Below, piece by piece: positions 17,316 to 26,749 of a stretch of 64,000 bases of DNA. The position numbers and the translations under genes are program-made. A model generated the notes under the pieces. That model saw only the letters and a list, made by a program, of their open reading frames with translations, did no database searches and was not told where the DNA came from. The first letter of the stretch is position 1. Every line of letters starts with the position of its first letter. The DNA comes from a bacterium (lineage in GTDB: Bacteria; Patescibacteriota; Saccharimonadia; Saccharimonadales; SZUA-47), in assembly GCA_030428125.1 (NCBI GenBank), contig JAUIBF010000001.1, positions 14,102-78,101 of the forward strand, written 5' to 3'.

Positions 17316-19289
17316 ATGATAAATCAGCTAAAAAATGGTAAAATAAGCTTAAGCATGGACGAAGAAGACAAAAAGCCAGAAAATGTTCAGGAAAACGAAC
17401 CAGAAATGGCTGAAAAAACTAGCAAAAAAATAGAGGTTAACGATTTTTCTGAAGACGATGAAGTTGATGATAGGAAAAACGATTCGTCTGAAGGAAAAAC
17501 AGAAGACTCTTCTAGTGAAAACAATGATTTAACTAAAGAAGAAGTTGGCGAAAACAAAACCGTGGGCGAGGCTATTGATGAATCCGAGGCCGAGGAGGGC
17601 ACAAAAAGCCCCGAAGAAATTGACAAGGCAGTTGATGATATCGTTCGGACGGAGAGCGATGAAGCAATAGCAGAAGCCGACGCCAAACTACAAGCGCTAA
17701 AAGAATCTAAAGACAAGAAATCACTTAAAGACAAAATCAAAGGTGGATTTAGAGCATGGTGGGACAACAAGCCAATAAGGTATGGGACGTTTGCCGCACT
17801 GTTTATTTTGTTAGTTTCAGTTGCACTATTGCCAACAACTCGATACTCAATATTAAATCTATTTGGTGTTCGAGTATCTTCGTCGATGACAATAATTGAT
17901 TCACAAACTAGATTGCCACTTAAAAACATCAATGTGTCTATACAGGACAAAACTGCCCAGAGCGACGAAGATGGAAATGTTCAATTCAGTGACTTAAAGC
18001 TAGGCTCTAGTGAACTTAGTATTACTAAGATTGGATATGCTGATAATACACGTGAAATAGTCCTAGGCTGGGGCAGTAACCCAATTGGTGAACAAGAAAT
18101 TATCGCAACAGGCGAGCAGTTTACGTTCGTGCTAAGTGACTGGCAGAGTGAAAGTAAGATTACAGAAGCCGAAGCTACAGCTGGAGAAAATAGCGCAAAA
18201 GCTGACAGCGAAGGCAAGATTGTATTAACAGTCGGTCAAGAAGATATTTCCGAAGTTAAAATTACGGTTGAAGCGGAAAATTATCGTACAGAAGAGTTTA
18301 GCGCAAACGAAATATCTGATGAAGAAGTAGATCTTAAAATGGTTCCTTCGCGAAAACACACATTCGTGAGCAATAGATCAGGTGAGTATGACTTATACAA
18401 GATTGACCTAGACAAGCAAAACGAAGAAGTATTACTTGAATCTACCGGCAAAGAACGCGAAGTGCCCGTCATATTAGAACATCCAACAAAAAACCTAATT
18501 GCATTTGTCTCATCAAGGGATGGAGAAGAAAATTCGGATGGTTACGTACTCGACGGATTATTCGTAATAGACACAGACACAGGCGACACAGAACGTATCG
18601 CACGTTCAGAACAGTTGCAGCTTCTAGGTTGGTCAGGCGACAGTCTAGTGTTCTGGCAGGTTGTAGAAGGTACCAGTCGGGCGAATCCCGAAAGAAGTAA
18701 GATTATAAGTTACGATAAAAACACCACAGAACGTACAGAATTAGCTGCAGCGAATTATTTTAACGACATAGAGTTGGTCGGAGACACTGTCTACTACGCT
18801 GTATCTAGCTTTGCGGTGCCACAAAGCCAAGCCAAACTATACACAATTAAGGTTAATGGCGATGAAGGTAACCTCTTGATAGACAAACAAACTTGGAGTA
18901 TCTACCGAACAGCCTACAACAAATTGTTGTTTAATACTGATGATCAAAAATGGTATGAAAAGGTAGGGCAAGATGAGATAGCTGAAGTTGGCCAGCAGTC
19001 TTCTCCTCAGGCTCTCACGTTCGTAGATTCCCAAAATGGAGATAGCACAGCATGGGTAGAAGTTCGTGACGGCAAAGGAGTTTTGCTTAAATCAGTGACC
19101 GAAGAGATAAAAGACGAGCAAGTCGTTTCATTGCCCGGCTTAAGTCAAGTACTGTACTGGATAAACGACACCTCCCTAGTCTTTAGGGTGATTAGCAACA
19201 GTGAAACGGCTGACTATCTAGTAGACTTTACTAACAACGAACCTATCAAAATTACTGATGTGACTGCGACCCAGAATAAATATTTCTAA
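17316..19289 (+). CDS. membrane-anchored extracytoplasmic protein with PD40/TolB-like beta-propeller
   Basis: An acidic N-terminal region and one TM segment are followed by FVSNRSGEYDLYKIDL and FVSSRDGEENSDG repeats, typical of PD40. Confidence 0.55.
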   Translation: MINQLKNGKISLSMDEEDKKPENVQENEPEMAEKTSKKIEVNDFSEDDEVDDRKNDSSEGKTEDSSSENNDLTKEEVGENKTVGEAIDESEAEEGTKSPEEIDKAVDDIVRTESDEAIAEADAKLQALKESKDKKSLKDKIKGGFRAWWDNKPIRYGTFAALFILLVSVALLPTTRYSILNLFGVRVSSSMTIIDSQTRLPLKNINVSIQDKTAQSDEDGNVQFSDLKLGSSELSITKIGYADNTREIVLGWGSNPIGEQEIIATGEQFTFVLSDWQSESKITEAEATAGENSAKADSEGKIVLTVGQEDISEVKITVEAENYRTEEFSANEISDEEVDLKMVPSRKHTFVSNRSGEYDLYKIDLDKQNEEVLLESTGKEREVPVILEHPTKNLIAFVSSRDGEENSDGYVLDGLFVIDTDTGDTERIARSEQLQLLGWSGDSLVFWQVVEGTSRANPERSKIISYDKNTTERTELAAANYFNDIELVGDTVYYAVSSFAVPQSQAKLYTIKVNGDEGNLLIDKQTWSIYRTAYNKLLFNTDDQKWYEKVGQDEIAEVGQQSSPQALTFVDSQNGDSTAWVEVRDGKGVLLKSVTEEIKDEQVVSLPGLSQVLYWINDTSLVFRVISNSETADYLVDFTNNEPIKITDVTATQNKYF

Positions 19290-19365
19290 GAGTTATAGGC
19301 ATAAGAAGTATGATACAATTTTCTTATTAGTATTTATGTCTTAATAGATAAGAAAAAGAGGTGGA

Positions 19366-19995
19366 ATGAAAAAAACATTGATAAGTCTAGTTCTGGTTTT
19401 AAGTTTGACTACACTTCCGGGTGTTGTGCATGCTCAAGACACATCCCAGGCACCAGAAGAGTCATCGTCTCCTGAACTCACAGACGAAGAAACGAGCAGT
19501 GACGGGGCAGGTCGAAGAGCTGAAAGGTTACAAAAATATAAAGACAGACTTGCTGTTCGACTGTCAGCTAACGAAGAGCGAGTGTTGAGAAATTCATGTA
19601 CTGCAGCCCAAGAAATGGTTGCAAAAGTGTCTAATAGAGTTGCTAGAGTTAGAGAGAATCGCGAAGAATCATACGCAACTATAAGTGAAAGACTTAATGA
19701 TCTTGTGGTTAAAGTTGAGATTGCAGGTGTGGATGCTACTTCACTAAATGACGCTATTGTTACTATGGAATCAGAGGTAAGCATATTTAAAGCTACTCTA
19801 GATGAATACGAAACAATACTAAGTGATCTAGCCGAGATGGATTGTGAAAGCGATCCTCAAGCTTTTAGAGCAGCTTTGTCTGCTGCAAAGCAACACAGAG
19901 TGACATTAGTTAGTTCATCACAAGGTATAAGACAGTATTTTGACAATACCATTAAACCAATACTACAACAACTAAGAGAAGATCTATCAACTTAA
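19366..19995 (+). CDS. secreted hypothetical protein
   Basis: Signal peptide MKKTLISLVLVLSLTTLPGVVHA, with an AAGAGGTGG SD. Confidence 0.55.
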   Translation: MKKTLISLVLVLSLTTLPGVVHAQDTSQAPEESSSPELTDEETSSDGAGRRAERLQKYKDRLAVRLSANEERVLRNSCTAAQEMVAKVSNRVARVRENREESYATISERLNDLVVKVEIAGVDATSLNDAIVTMESEVSIFKATLDEYETILSDLAEMDCESDPQAFRAALSAAKQHRVTLVSSSQGIRQYFDNTIKPILQQLREDLST

Positions 19996-20009
19996 AAACA
20001 GGGGTATAA

Positions 20010-20759
20010 ATGGACGAGCAAAAAGACACAGAGGATATGGTGGTAGGAAGTGACGGGTCTATGAATGATGCGTCTTCATCAGAGCCACAAAAGGTGGAAG
20101 TTAAAGTAAATTCATCTGAAGAACAAGGGCAAGCACAGACACAAAGTGAGCCTCTAAATGAAGTTATGCCACCACCCGCAGCTGAATCCACAGAAGATAC
20201 TGTAGACACAGAGCCAATGGTTAAAGAGGAGCCTAACAATTCCGGGACTAGCGAAGCCGCAGAAGTTAAACAGCCCCCATCTGAGGAAGGGTCTACAACT
20301 GAACAGCCTGCAAGTTCTGTAGACTTAAATGCACTAGCTGAAAAAGAAGAAAAACCAGTAGAATCAGTAGCTATCGGAGAGAGTACAGTAGCTCCGGCAG
20401 TAGCTAGTAAGGACAACACTACCGAAAAAGTCGCACCAGAAGCTCCGGCGTCTAAAAAGCCACACGAACACAGAAATAATAAAAAATTTGCAGTGTTAGT
20501 GACGGTTGTCGTAGCTCTTTTACTTGCTGGTGGAGCAGTATTTATGTACATTTCGACTCAAAACAATACCCAGGAATCGGAGAGAAGTTCAAACCAATCA
20601 TCCAACACTGAGGAATTAACCCCAACAGATGACGCTCCAGCGACAACTGATGACGTAGACCAAGCAGCTCAGGACGCCGAAGAAGCTATCAACGCTCTTG
20701 ATGACGCATCTGATTTTAGTGAAGACGAATTGTCCGACCAAAATTTAGGCATTGAATAG
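20010..20759 (+). CDS. acidic low-complexity protein with one TM segment
   Basis: 249 aa, E/S/T/P-rich, with the TM segment FAVLVTVVVALLLAGGAVFMYI. Confidence 0.5.
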   Translation: MDEQKDTEDMVVGSDGSMNDASSSEPQKVEVKVNSSEEQGQAQTQSEPLNEVMPPPAAESTEDTVDTEPMVKEEPNNSGTSEAAEVKQPPSEEGSTTEQPASSVDLNALAEKEEKPVESVAIGESTVAPAVASKDNTTEKVAPEAPASKKPHEHRNNKKFAVLVTVVVALLLAGGAVFMYISTQNNTQESERSSNQSSNTEELTPTDDAPATTDDVDQAAQDAEEAINALDDASDFSEDELSDQNLGIE

Positions 20760-21320
20760 TTTGTTCTCTATCCACGGTAGTACATCAGTAAATACAGAGG
20801 AGTCGTTGTTGACGGTAAAAATCTTTCCTTCATTTGAGATTAGTTTAGAATTGGATTTTAGATCTTGAATATCCCTCTGAATAAAATCAATTCTTTTATT
20901 GATTGTTTCTATATTATCTCCACGTCGTTTCATCCGGTCGATAAGTAAGCTTTCATAATTATCAGGTGGTTGCATCCCAATCAACAAACAATTTTTTATC
21001 TCAGCAAACTGGGGTGTTAACGCGGGCCATGCATTTATAAGGATATGGTTTTCAGTAACTCTTAAGGCGCCGCTTGTATATCCATATCTATTTCCGGCAA
21101 AGTTTCCATATACAGCAAACTCTCCATTCTCAACCATGTCAGCAAATTTTTCTTTTGTGACAGTTATTCTATCACTCATAGTTTCGTTAATACGTTTCAG
21201 TCTTGTTGTATATAATTTTGGTTGCTCAAATGATTCTGGATGTTCTTTAATTAACTCATTAGCGGCAAAAGTCTTGCCTATTGCAGAAGGACCGATAAAT
21301 ACTACTAACATCTTAGCCAC
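20745..21320 (-). CDS. P-loop kinase, guanylate-kinase-like
   Basis: GPSAIGKT Walker A motif plus a YTTRLKR segment resembling guanylate kinase. Confidence 0.45.
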   Translation of the reverse strand: MAKMLVVFIGPSAIGKTFAANELIKEHPESFEQPKLYTTRLKRINETMSDRITVTKEKFADMVENGEFAVYGNFAGNRYGYTSGALRVTENHILINAWPALTPQFAEIKNCLLIGMQPPDNYESLLIDRMKRRGDNIETINKRIDFIQRDIQDLKSNSKLISNEGKIFTVNNDSSVFTDVLPWIENKLFNA

Positions 21321-21357
21321 ATAACTATTCTACTAGAAATGGTATAATTATTTAAAG

Positions 21358-22044
21358 ATGTCAAATAGCATATCAGTAGAAGCGCTTAATGCCCCGTTTA
21401 ATGTTGACGAATATCACAGACAGTCAGAATTAGCACAAAAAGCAGGTCGTACGTTGCTCAAAATGGGTGTAATGATGTGGATCCAGTACGAAGATAGACT
21501 ACTGGTTCTTAAGCATGAGGCTAGAGATGGACTGTGGCGGCAAGGTGCTTTAGGTCCTTCTATGGAGACCGCAAGGTATCTTGAAGGAGACTTTGCGCAC
21601 TTAGTTTGCGAAAGTCCAATGCAAGCTTGGCAGAGGTCTTTGGATGAGGAGTTAGGTATGGACGCCAATGATGTATCCGACGCGGGCTTCTTTTTGACAA
21701 AAGGATATGTCGCAGTAAGGAATAACTGGAACGTAGGTAGGCTAAATGGTTATGATGACGCATTTTACTCTGGCATAAGCGTTGCTGTAGGAGTAGAGAA
21801 CCCGGATGTTATCGGAAATGCACTGAGAAGACGTGGAGGAAGAACTGAAGAGGTAATTGGTTTTGATTTTGTACTTCCCTCAAGTGTTTTAGGTTCAGAA
21901 AACACAAGACCAGGCTTTATACCGTGGACTGAAGAAATGATGACACAATACGGACTAGGAAAATCAGGCCTCGAAAGACAACTTTATATAGAGCCCGTAC
22001 CATTACCTACTGAACTAGGTAAAGACGTAAGGTTCGCAGACTAG
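21358..22044 (+). CDS. hypothetical protein (weak Nudix-like segment)
   Basis: 228 aa. A TGGTATAAT extended -10 lies 9 nt upstream of the ATG. Confidence 0.4.
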   Translation: MSNSISVEALNAPFNVDEYHRQSELAQKAGRTLLKMGVMMWIQYEDRLLVLKHEARDGLWRQGALGPSMETARYLEGDFAHLVCESPMQAWQRSLDEELGMDANDVSDAGFFLTKGYVAVRNNWNVGRLNGYDDAFYSGISVAVGVENPDVIGNALRRRGGRTEEVIGFDFVLPSSVLGSENTRPGFIPWTEEMMTQYGLGKSGLERQLYIEPVPLPTELGKDVRFAD

Positions 22045-22046
22045 AT

Positions 22047-22946
22047 CTACTTTTTAGATTTTGGTTTTGGGGCTTCGTGAATGACATGTTGAGGGAACGG
22101 TATTTCAATACCATTTTTGTTAAAGGCAACCTTAAGCCTTTTTCTAAGTTCCCCAGTTACATCCCATTGTTCCATAGCTTGAGTCTTGCCAGTAATCTTT
22201 ACTACTATTGCTGAATCGGCGAAGTCATCTACTCTAAGCATTCTAGGAGCTTCTATAATGCCGTCTTTCCACTCACTATCTTCACCTAAGAGTTCGCCAA
22301 CTTCATTTATGACTTTTTCCAGTTTTTCTAGGTCAGTATCGTAGCCTACACCAATGTCCAAATTAACGTTCGCGTACTCCATGGTCATATTTGTTGCCAC
22401 TTTTATTTCTCCGTTGGGGACGTGGTGCACCATGCCGTCTAAGTCTCTCAGTACGGTTTCTCGCAAGGTTACTCTCTCAACTACACCTGATACTGTTTGG
22501 TTTAATTCCACTACGTCTCCGACCCGGTATTGATTTTCAGCCAAAATGAAGAATCCAGATAGAAAATCTTCGACCATAGACTGTGCACCGAATCCTAGTG
22601 CGACACCAGCTATGCCCGCACCAGCGAGTAAAGGCCCAATGTTTATCCCTGCTTCTGCCATCAATAATAAGCCAGCAATAACCCATATTACTGCTCTAAT
22701 TCCTGCATTTGCAGTAGAAAGTAAAGTGTCTTCACGGAGTTTTTCGTCACGTTTTGTCTTAAAATGTTCTGGCCTTATAGCTCTTCTAATTAGCTTTCGT
22801 ACTGCAATCATGGCAAAGTGGTGTGCTATCACAGCGCCTAGGATAATAAACCCGATAGCTGCAGCATGACTTAACGCTTGCTCTAAGAAGCTAGGGTCGG
22901 TTTCAGTTCCTGTTTGAGCAAAAATTCCTAAAAAGCTGTAGTACAT
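22047..22946 (-). CDS. small-conductance mechanosensitive channel (MscS family)
   Basis: TM helices are followed by the conserved FILAENQYRVGDVVEL beta domain. The start was moved to the ATG at 22944-22946 to remove the overlap with the MazG-like gene. Confidence 0.75.
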   Translation of the reverse strand: MYYSFLGIFAQTGTETDPSFLEQALSHAAAIGFIILGAVIAHHFAMIAVRKLIRRAIRPEHFKTKRDEKLREDTLLSTANAGIRAVIWVIAGLLLMAEAGINIGPLLAGAGIAGVALGFGAQSMVEDFLSGFFILAENQYRVGDVVELNQTVSGVVERVTLRETVLRDLDGMVHHVPNGEIKVATNMTMEYANVNLDIGVGYDTDLEKLEKVINEVGELLGEDSEWKDGIIEAPRMLRVDDFADSAIVVKITGKTQAMEQWDVTGELRKRLKVAFNKNGIEIPFPQHVIHEAPKPKSKK

Positions 22947-23004
22947 AAACAATAGTATAACAACAGGCCTGTTATGATGGTAGTAAGAAATAGAGGGGAA
23001 ATTT

Positions 23005-23352
23005 ATGAATTTCAACGAATACCAAAGACAAGCAAAAACAACCGAGCTTATGGACCGGTCAGAGCAACTATCGGCAAATGATCCAGCTATGATCGCGAAG
23101 ATACTGGGCTTAGTTGGTGAAGCAGGTGAAGTTGCAGAAAAGTTCAAAAAAATCGTACGCGACAGAGAAGGCGTCATAACTGACGAAGACAAACTAGATA
23201 TACGTAAGGAGTTAGGTGACGTACTCTGGTATATCAGCGCCCTTGCTGATTATTTGGACTTACCACTGGATGAGGTTGCAGAAAAAAACCTAGAAAAATT
23301 ATTTGACAGAAAATCTCGAGGCGCTCAAAGGGGAAGTGGAGATGATAGATGA
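23005..23352 (+). CDS. MazG-like nucleotide pyrophosphohydrolase
   Basis: LGLVGEAGEVAEKFKK and ELGDVLWY are MazG EExxE/D motifs. Confidence 0.75.
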   Translation: MNFNEYQRQAKTTELMDRSEQLSANDPAMIAKILGLVGEAGEVAEKFKKIVRDREGVITDEDKLDIRKELGDVLWYISALADYLDLPLDEVAEKNLEKLFDRKSRGAQRGSGDDR

Positions 23353-23819
23353 TATTCGATAACAAATATCCAGAGGTAGCTCGTCCTTATACTGCTAGTT
23401 TTGTGATTTTACGTGATGGAACAAAAATAGCCATGGTGCTAAGAAAAAATACTGGCTGGATGGACGGCTACTACGGGCTTCCGGCTGGTAAAGGAGAGTG
23501 GTTTGAACCGTTTTCAGTTGGCGCTGTTCGAGAAGCGAAAGAAGAGTCCGGAGTCGATATTAAGTTAGAAAACCTAAAACCATTACACGTTGTACATAGA
23601 CACGGAAGTGACAGCGAAGGAAAGTTTATTGACTGGGTGGATGTTTACTTTGAAGCTGAGAAGTGGGAAGGTGAGCCTCACAATGCTGAGGAGGAAAAAT
23701 CGGAGAGATTAGACTGGATAGATCTAGGAGACTTGCCAGAGAATATTGTCCCGCCACAACGCGCTGCATTGGAAGAAATTGAAAAAGGGAATATGTATAG
23801 TGAGTATGGTTGGGAATAA
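23349..23819 (+). CDS. Nudix hydrolase
   Basis: Nudix box GKGEWFEPFSVGAVREAKEESGV. Confidence 0.8.
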   Translation: MIFDNKYPEVARPYTASFVILRDGTKIAMVLRKNTGWMDGYYGLPAGKGEWFEPFSVGAVREAKEESGVDIKLENLKPLHVVHRHGSDSEGKFIDWVDVYFEAEKWEGEPHNAEEEKSERLDWIDLGDLPENIVPPQRAALEEIEKGNMYSEYGWE

Positions 23820-24054
23820 TTGGGTAGAGAAAGACGGCAAACTTTATAACAGATATGAATTTTCGGATTTTGCAACTGCGTTGCAATTTGCGAATGTAAT
23901 TGGGAGGCTGGCTGAATCAGCAAATCACCATCCCGATATTTCCATTGGCTGGGGTTATGTTGAAGTCAATCTGTTCACTCATTCAGAGAATGCCATTACC
24001 GAAAAAGACAAAGAACTATCCCGTAATATCTCCAAGGCATACAATAGTAAATAA
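23806..24054 (+). CDS. pterin-4a-carbinolamine dehydratase
   Basis: FANVIGRLAESANHHPDI...VEVNLFTH is the PCD signature. The start is taken at the internal ATG at 23806. Confidence 0.75.
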   Translation: MVGNNWVEKDGKLYNRYEFSDFATALQFANVIGRLAESANHHPDISIGWGYVEVNLFTHSENAITEKDKELSRNISKAYNSK

Positions 24055-24084
24055 TTCTAAAAAGTTGTATAATAACCTAAACTT

Positions 24085-24663
24085 ATGAGTGAATTTAGGT
24101 CTATAGCAATTGGTGGATATCCCGGATCAGGAAAAACAGTTCTTGCAGAGCGCTTGGCTGATCACGGCTTCCAAGTATTTACAGGCAGTACAATTTTGAG
24201 GAAGGAAGCAGAAAAAACTGGATTCGAGAGCGATGGTTCCAGGGATGGATATATTGAGTACTGGAGTAGAGTCTCCGAAGAAAGAGGCAGAAACTGGTTA
24301 GCGCTAAGTGCAATAGAAATGGCTGACGGAAAACCATTTGTTTACGATGGCCTTAGAGTGAAGGAAGATGCAGAAACACTGCAGGGACATGATGTACTAA
24401 TTGCCTTTATCGAGTTCGATCCCGTTGAGGCGTTAAGGAAAATAAACGCACGAAAAAGAGGAGATGATGAGGGAATACTGAGCTTGAGTGGACTACTCAA
24501 TCGACTCGAGGTTGAAGATAATGACGATCCCTTCAGTCAGCATTACATCAGAGATATAAGTGGAGTACTTTTGCCTGCAATACCGTTTATCGAAAATCCA
24601 GACATTCGAAAAGCCCGAATAGACTTGTCTGCTAGAGTGTTGGTTGTTATGGCAAGAAATTAG
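24085..24663 (+). CDS. P-loop nucleotide/nucleoside kinase-like protein
   Basis: GGYPGSGKT Walker A motif. Confidence 0.45.
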   Translation: MSEFRSIAIGGYPGSGKTVLAERLADHGFQVFTGSTILRKEAEKTGFESDGSRDGYIEYWSRVSEERGRNWLALSAIEMADGKPFVYDGLRVKEDAETLQGHDVLIAFIEFDPVEALRKINARKRGDDEGILSLSGLLNRLEVEDNDDPFSQHYIRDISGVLLPAIPFIENPDIRKARIDLSARVLVVMARN

Positions 24664-25391
24664 TTAACTAGATCAAATTCAAGTATCAAAGCTTTATGGT
24701 CTGACACAAGAATATTCGAAGTGAAAAAATCTAGCACTTTTATGTCATCGTTAACAAAAATATAATCGATAACTTCTTCTCGCTTAGCTAGTTCTGTTCT
24801 GGTTGTTTTCAACTTAAATTCAGTAGGTAAGTTTCTTAAGGTTTTGTGAATTGGTTCCAGGGATTTGCTATTTGGATGTAGATTAAAGTCTCCGGTTAAT
24901 ATAATAGGCCCATCAAGCTTGTCAATGTAATCCGTTAACTTTAGTATTTGTTCTGTATTCTCAACACTACCATCTTTCCCATGAGGGCTGTGATGTCCGT
25001 GATGAGTCAAAACATTTATCAAACCCTTGTCGGTTTTTATTGTGGCATGCACGAAGTTTCGATTGTTGTAGTCATCAGAATCGACAGAATCAATATCCTC
25101 CATGAAATGGTTTTTAACAAATTCTATGTATTCTGATTCAATTTTAAATTTAGACACTACAGCATTGCCTAAACCCGCTAGCTCATGCATGTACCTATAA
25201 CTAAAGGCCGGAGCAAAAATATCGTATGGATAATCTGCCTCTGGTAAAAATTTTCTGTATGGATCCAGTACAGAACCGGGTCGTTCAGCTAAATCTGTGG
25301 CTTCCCCCAGGCACACTATATCCGGTTTTTCTTCAGCTATCAGTCGTTGCAGTTGCGTGCCTAGTTTTCCACCCCAGCAATTTAACTGCAT
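24660..25391 (-). CDS. endonuclease/exonuclease/phosphatase (EEP) family protein
   Basis: MQLNCWGG, GDFNL and SDHKAL motifs. The start is at the ATG 25389-25391, which avoids overlap with the upstream gene. Confidence 0.7.
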   Translation of the reverse strand: MQLNCWGGKLGTQLQRLIAEEKPDIVCLGEATDLAERPGSVLDPYRKFLPEADYPYDIFAPAFSYRYMHELAGLGNAVVSKFKIESEYIEFVKNHFMEDIDSVDSDDYNNRNFVHATIKTDKGLINVLTHHGHHSPHGKDGSVENTEQILKLTDYIDKLDGPIILTGDFNLHPNSKSLEPIHKTLRNLPTEFKLKTTRTELAKREEVIDYIFVNDDIKVLDFFTSNILVSDHKALILEFDLVN

Positions 25392-25396
25392 TAACT

Positions 25397-26683
25397 TCAC
25401 TTTGCAAACTTCTTCCTTAACCATTCATCTAAACTGCCACCACCTCCAGCAGTCAGACACAGCACTAGGTCCCCGTGTTTGGCATGGTCTTTTATAACGT
25501 GTTCCAGGGCGTCATCTAGCTGTCCTGGCTCGCACACCTGAGGTTTTCTAGTTATGTCGCATAGTTTTTGTGGAGTAAGCATTTCTAAAGATTTATCTTC
25601 GCGTGCCAGGTAGCTAGGAACGATAAATAATTTTTTAGTACCTGCAAAAAGATGTTCTAATTCATTTTTAATAAAATGCTGTCTGGTATTATGCAGTCCT
25701 TCATAGACTACAACTACATTATCTCCCGCTACTTCTCGGGCAAGCTGTAATGCTCCACGAATTTTTTCTGGAGTATGCGCGTAATCAGTGTAGATATTTT
25801 TGGATATCATTTCAAATCTCCTGGATACGCCAGGAAATTTATTAATTATTTCTACGCCTTTTTTGTAGTCGCATAGCCCAAGCTTCTCTGCAGCAACGAC
25901 AATGGCATGCGCGTTTTCTCGATTAACCAAGCCAGGTAATTTAAGTGCTTTCAGGTCTGCAGAAGAGGCTAAAACTGTTGTAGAACTATCTTCGGTTAGT
26001 CCTAGTCTGTGCGCATCTTTTTCCCATAAAACGACTTTCTCAGACTGTTCAAAAAACTGCTTAAACGCTAACTGGTATTCTTCCTCCGTTGGGTATACAT
26101 CCGGATGGTCATAAGCAACGCCCGGTATTACAGAAATTGCAGGGGAAAAGCTCAAAAAATTCCTATCGTACTCATCTGCTTCATAAACAAAATACTCCGC
26201 TTTGGGGTCGTACTCACCAGAATCTACAAAGGATAGTTTAGCTCCTACCGATAAACTAACCGGCACCCCTAGTTGCTTAAACAGCCAGATCATCATGGAT
26301 GTAGATGTAGTTTTGCCATGAGTTCCTGCTATTGCTATCATTTTTTGACCGGTATCTTGCAGTAAAGCATTCAAAAAGTCGTCTCTTTTGGAATTCTTGA
26401 TTCCGTGTTCACGGGCAAACTCTAATTCGGCATGATTTGGATTTTCTTTAGGCACTGCAGAGGAGTAAACAATCCAGTCAATAGGACTGTTCTGATTTAC
26501 AGCCTCAATTTGATCCCATTCTTGACCTATGTGGATATTAGTTATCCCATGGTTTATCAGGTACTCTATGTAGCTACTATCTTGTTTATCGGATCCAGAA
26601 ACCTTATATCCGGCTTTATGTGCGATTAGTGCTAGTGGTCCAATACCAGCACCACCAATACCTGAGAAATATATGTGCTTCAT
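25397..26683 (-). CDS. murC: Mur ligase (UDP-N-acetylmuramate--L-alanine ligase-like)
   Basis: N-terminal GIGGAGIGPLALIAHKAGYKVSGSD and the AGTHGKTTSTSM P-loop. Confidence 0.7.
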   Translation of the reverse strand: MKHIYFSGIGGAGIGPLALIAHKAGYKVSGSDKQDSSYIEYLINHGITNIHIGQEWDQIEAVNQNSPIDWIVYSSAVPKENPNHAELEFAREHGIKNSKRDDFLNALLQDTGQKMIAIAGTHGKTTSTSMMIWLFKQLGVPVSLSVGAKLSFVDSGEYDPKAEYFVYEADEYDRNFLSFSPAISVIPGVAYDHPDVYPTEEEYQLAFKQFFEQSEKVVLWEKDAHRLGLTEDSSTTVLASSADLKALKLPGLVNRENAHAIVVAAEKLGLCDYKKGVEIINKFPGVSRRFEMISKNIYTDYAHTPEKIRGALQLAREVAGDNVVVVYEGLHNTRQHFIKNELEHLFAGTKKLFIVPSYLAREDKSLEMLTPQKLCDITRKPQVCEPGQLDDALEHVIKDHAKHGDLVLCLTAGGGGSLDEWLRKKFAK

Positions 26684-26749
26684 TAATCTATAGTCTACCC
26701 CGTAAATGTTAAGTTTGCTATAGTAAACCCATAGTAGGGCAAAACAAAA

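Noticed and set aside
17387-17950. Long antisense ORFs in the track (also 19952..20551, 38555..39022, 3328..3720, 3727..4125, 35314..35694 and others)
   Set aside because: They lie entirely inside stronger opposite-strand genes with recognisable domains or organisation. They are S/T/L/P-rich shadow frames and lack SDs.
22947-23192. N-terminal 82-aa extension of the MscS ORF overlapping the MazG-like gene
   Set aside because: The extension is low-complexity and antisense to a well-supported gene. The MscS TM region begins after the internal ATG at 22946.
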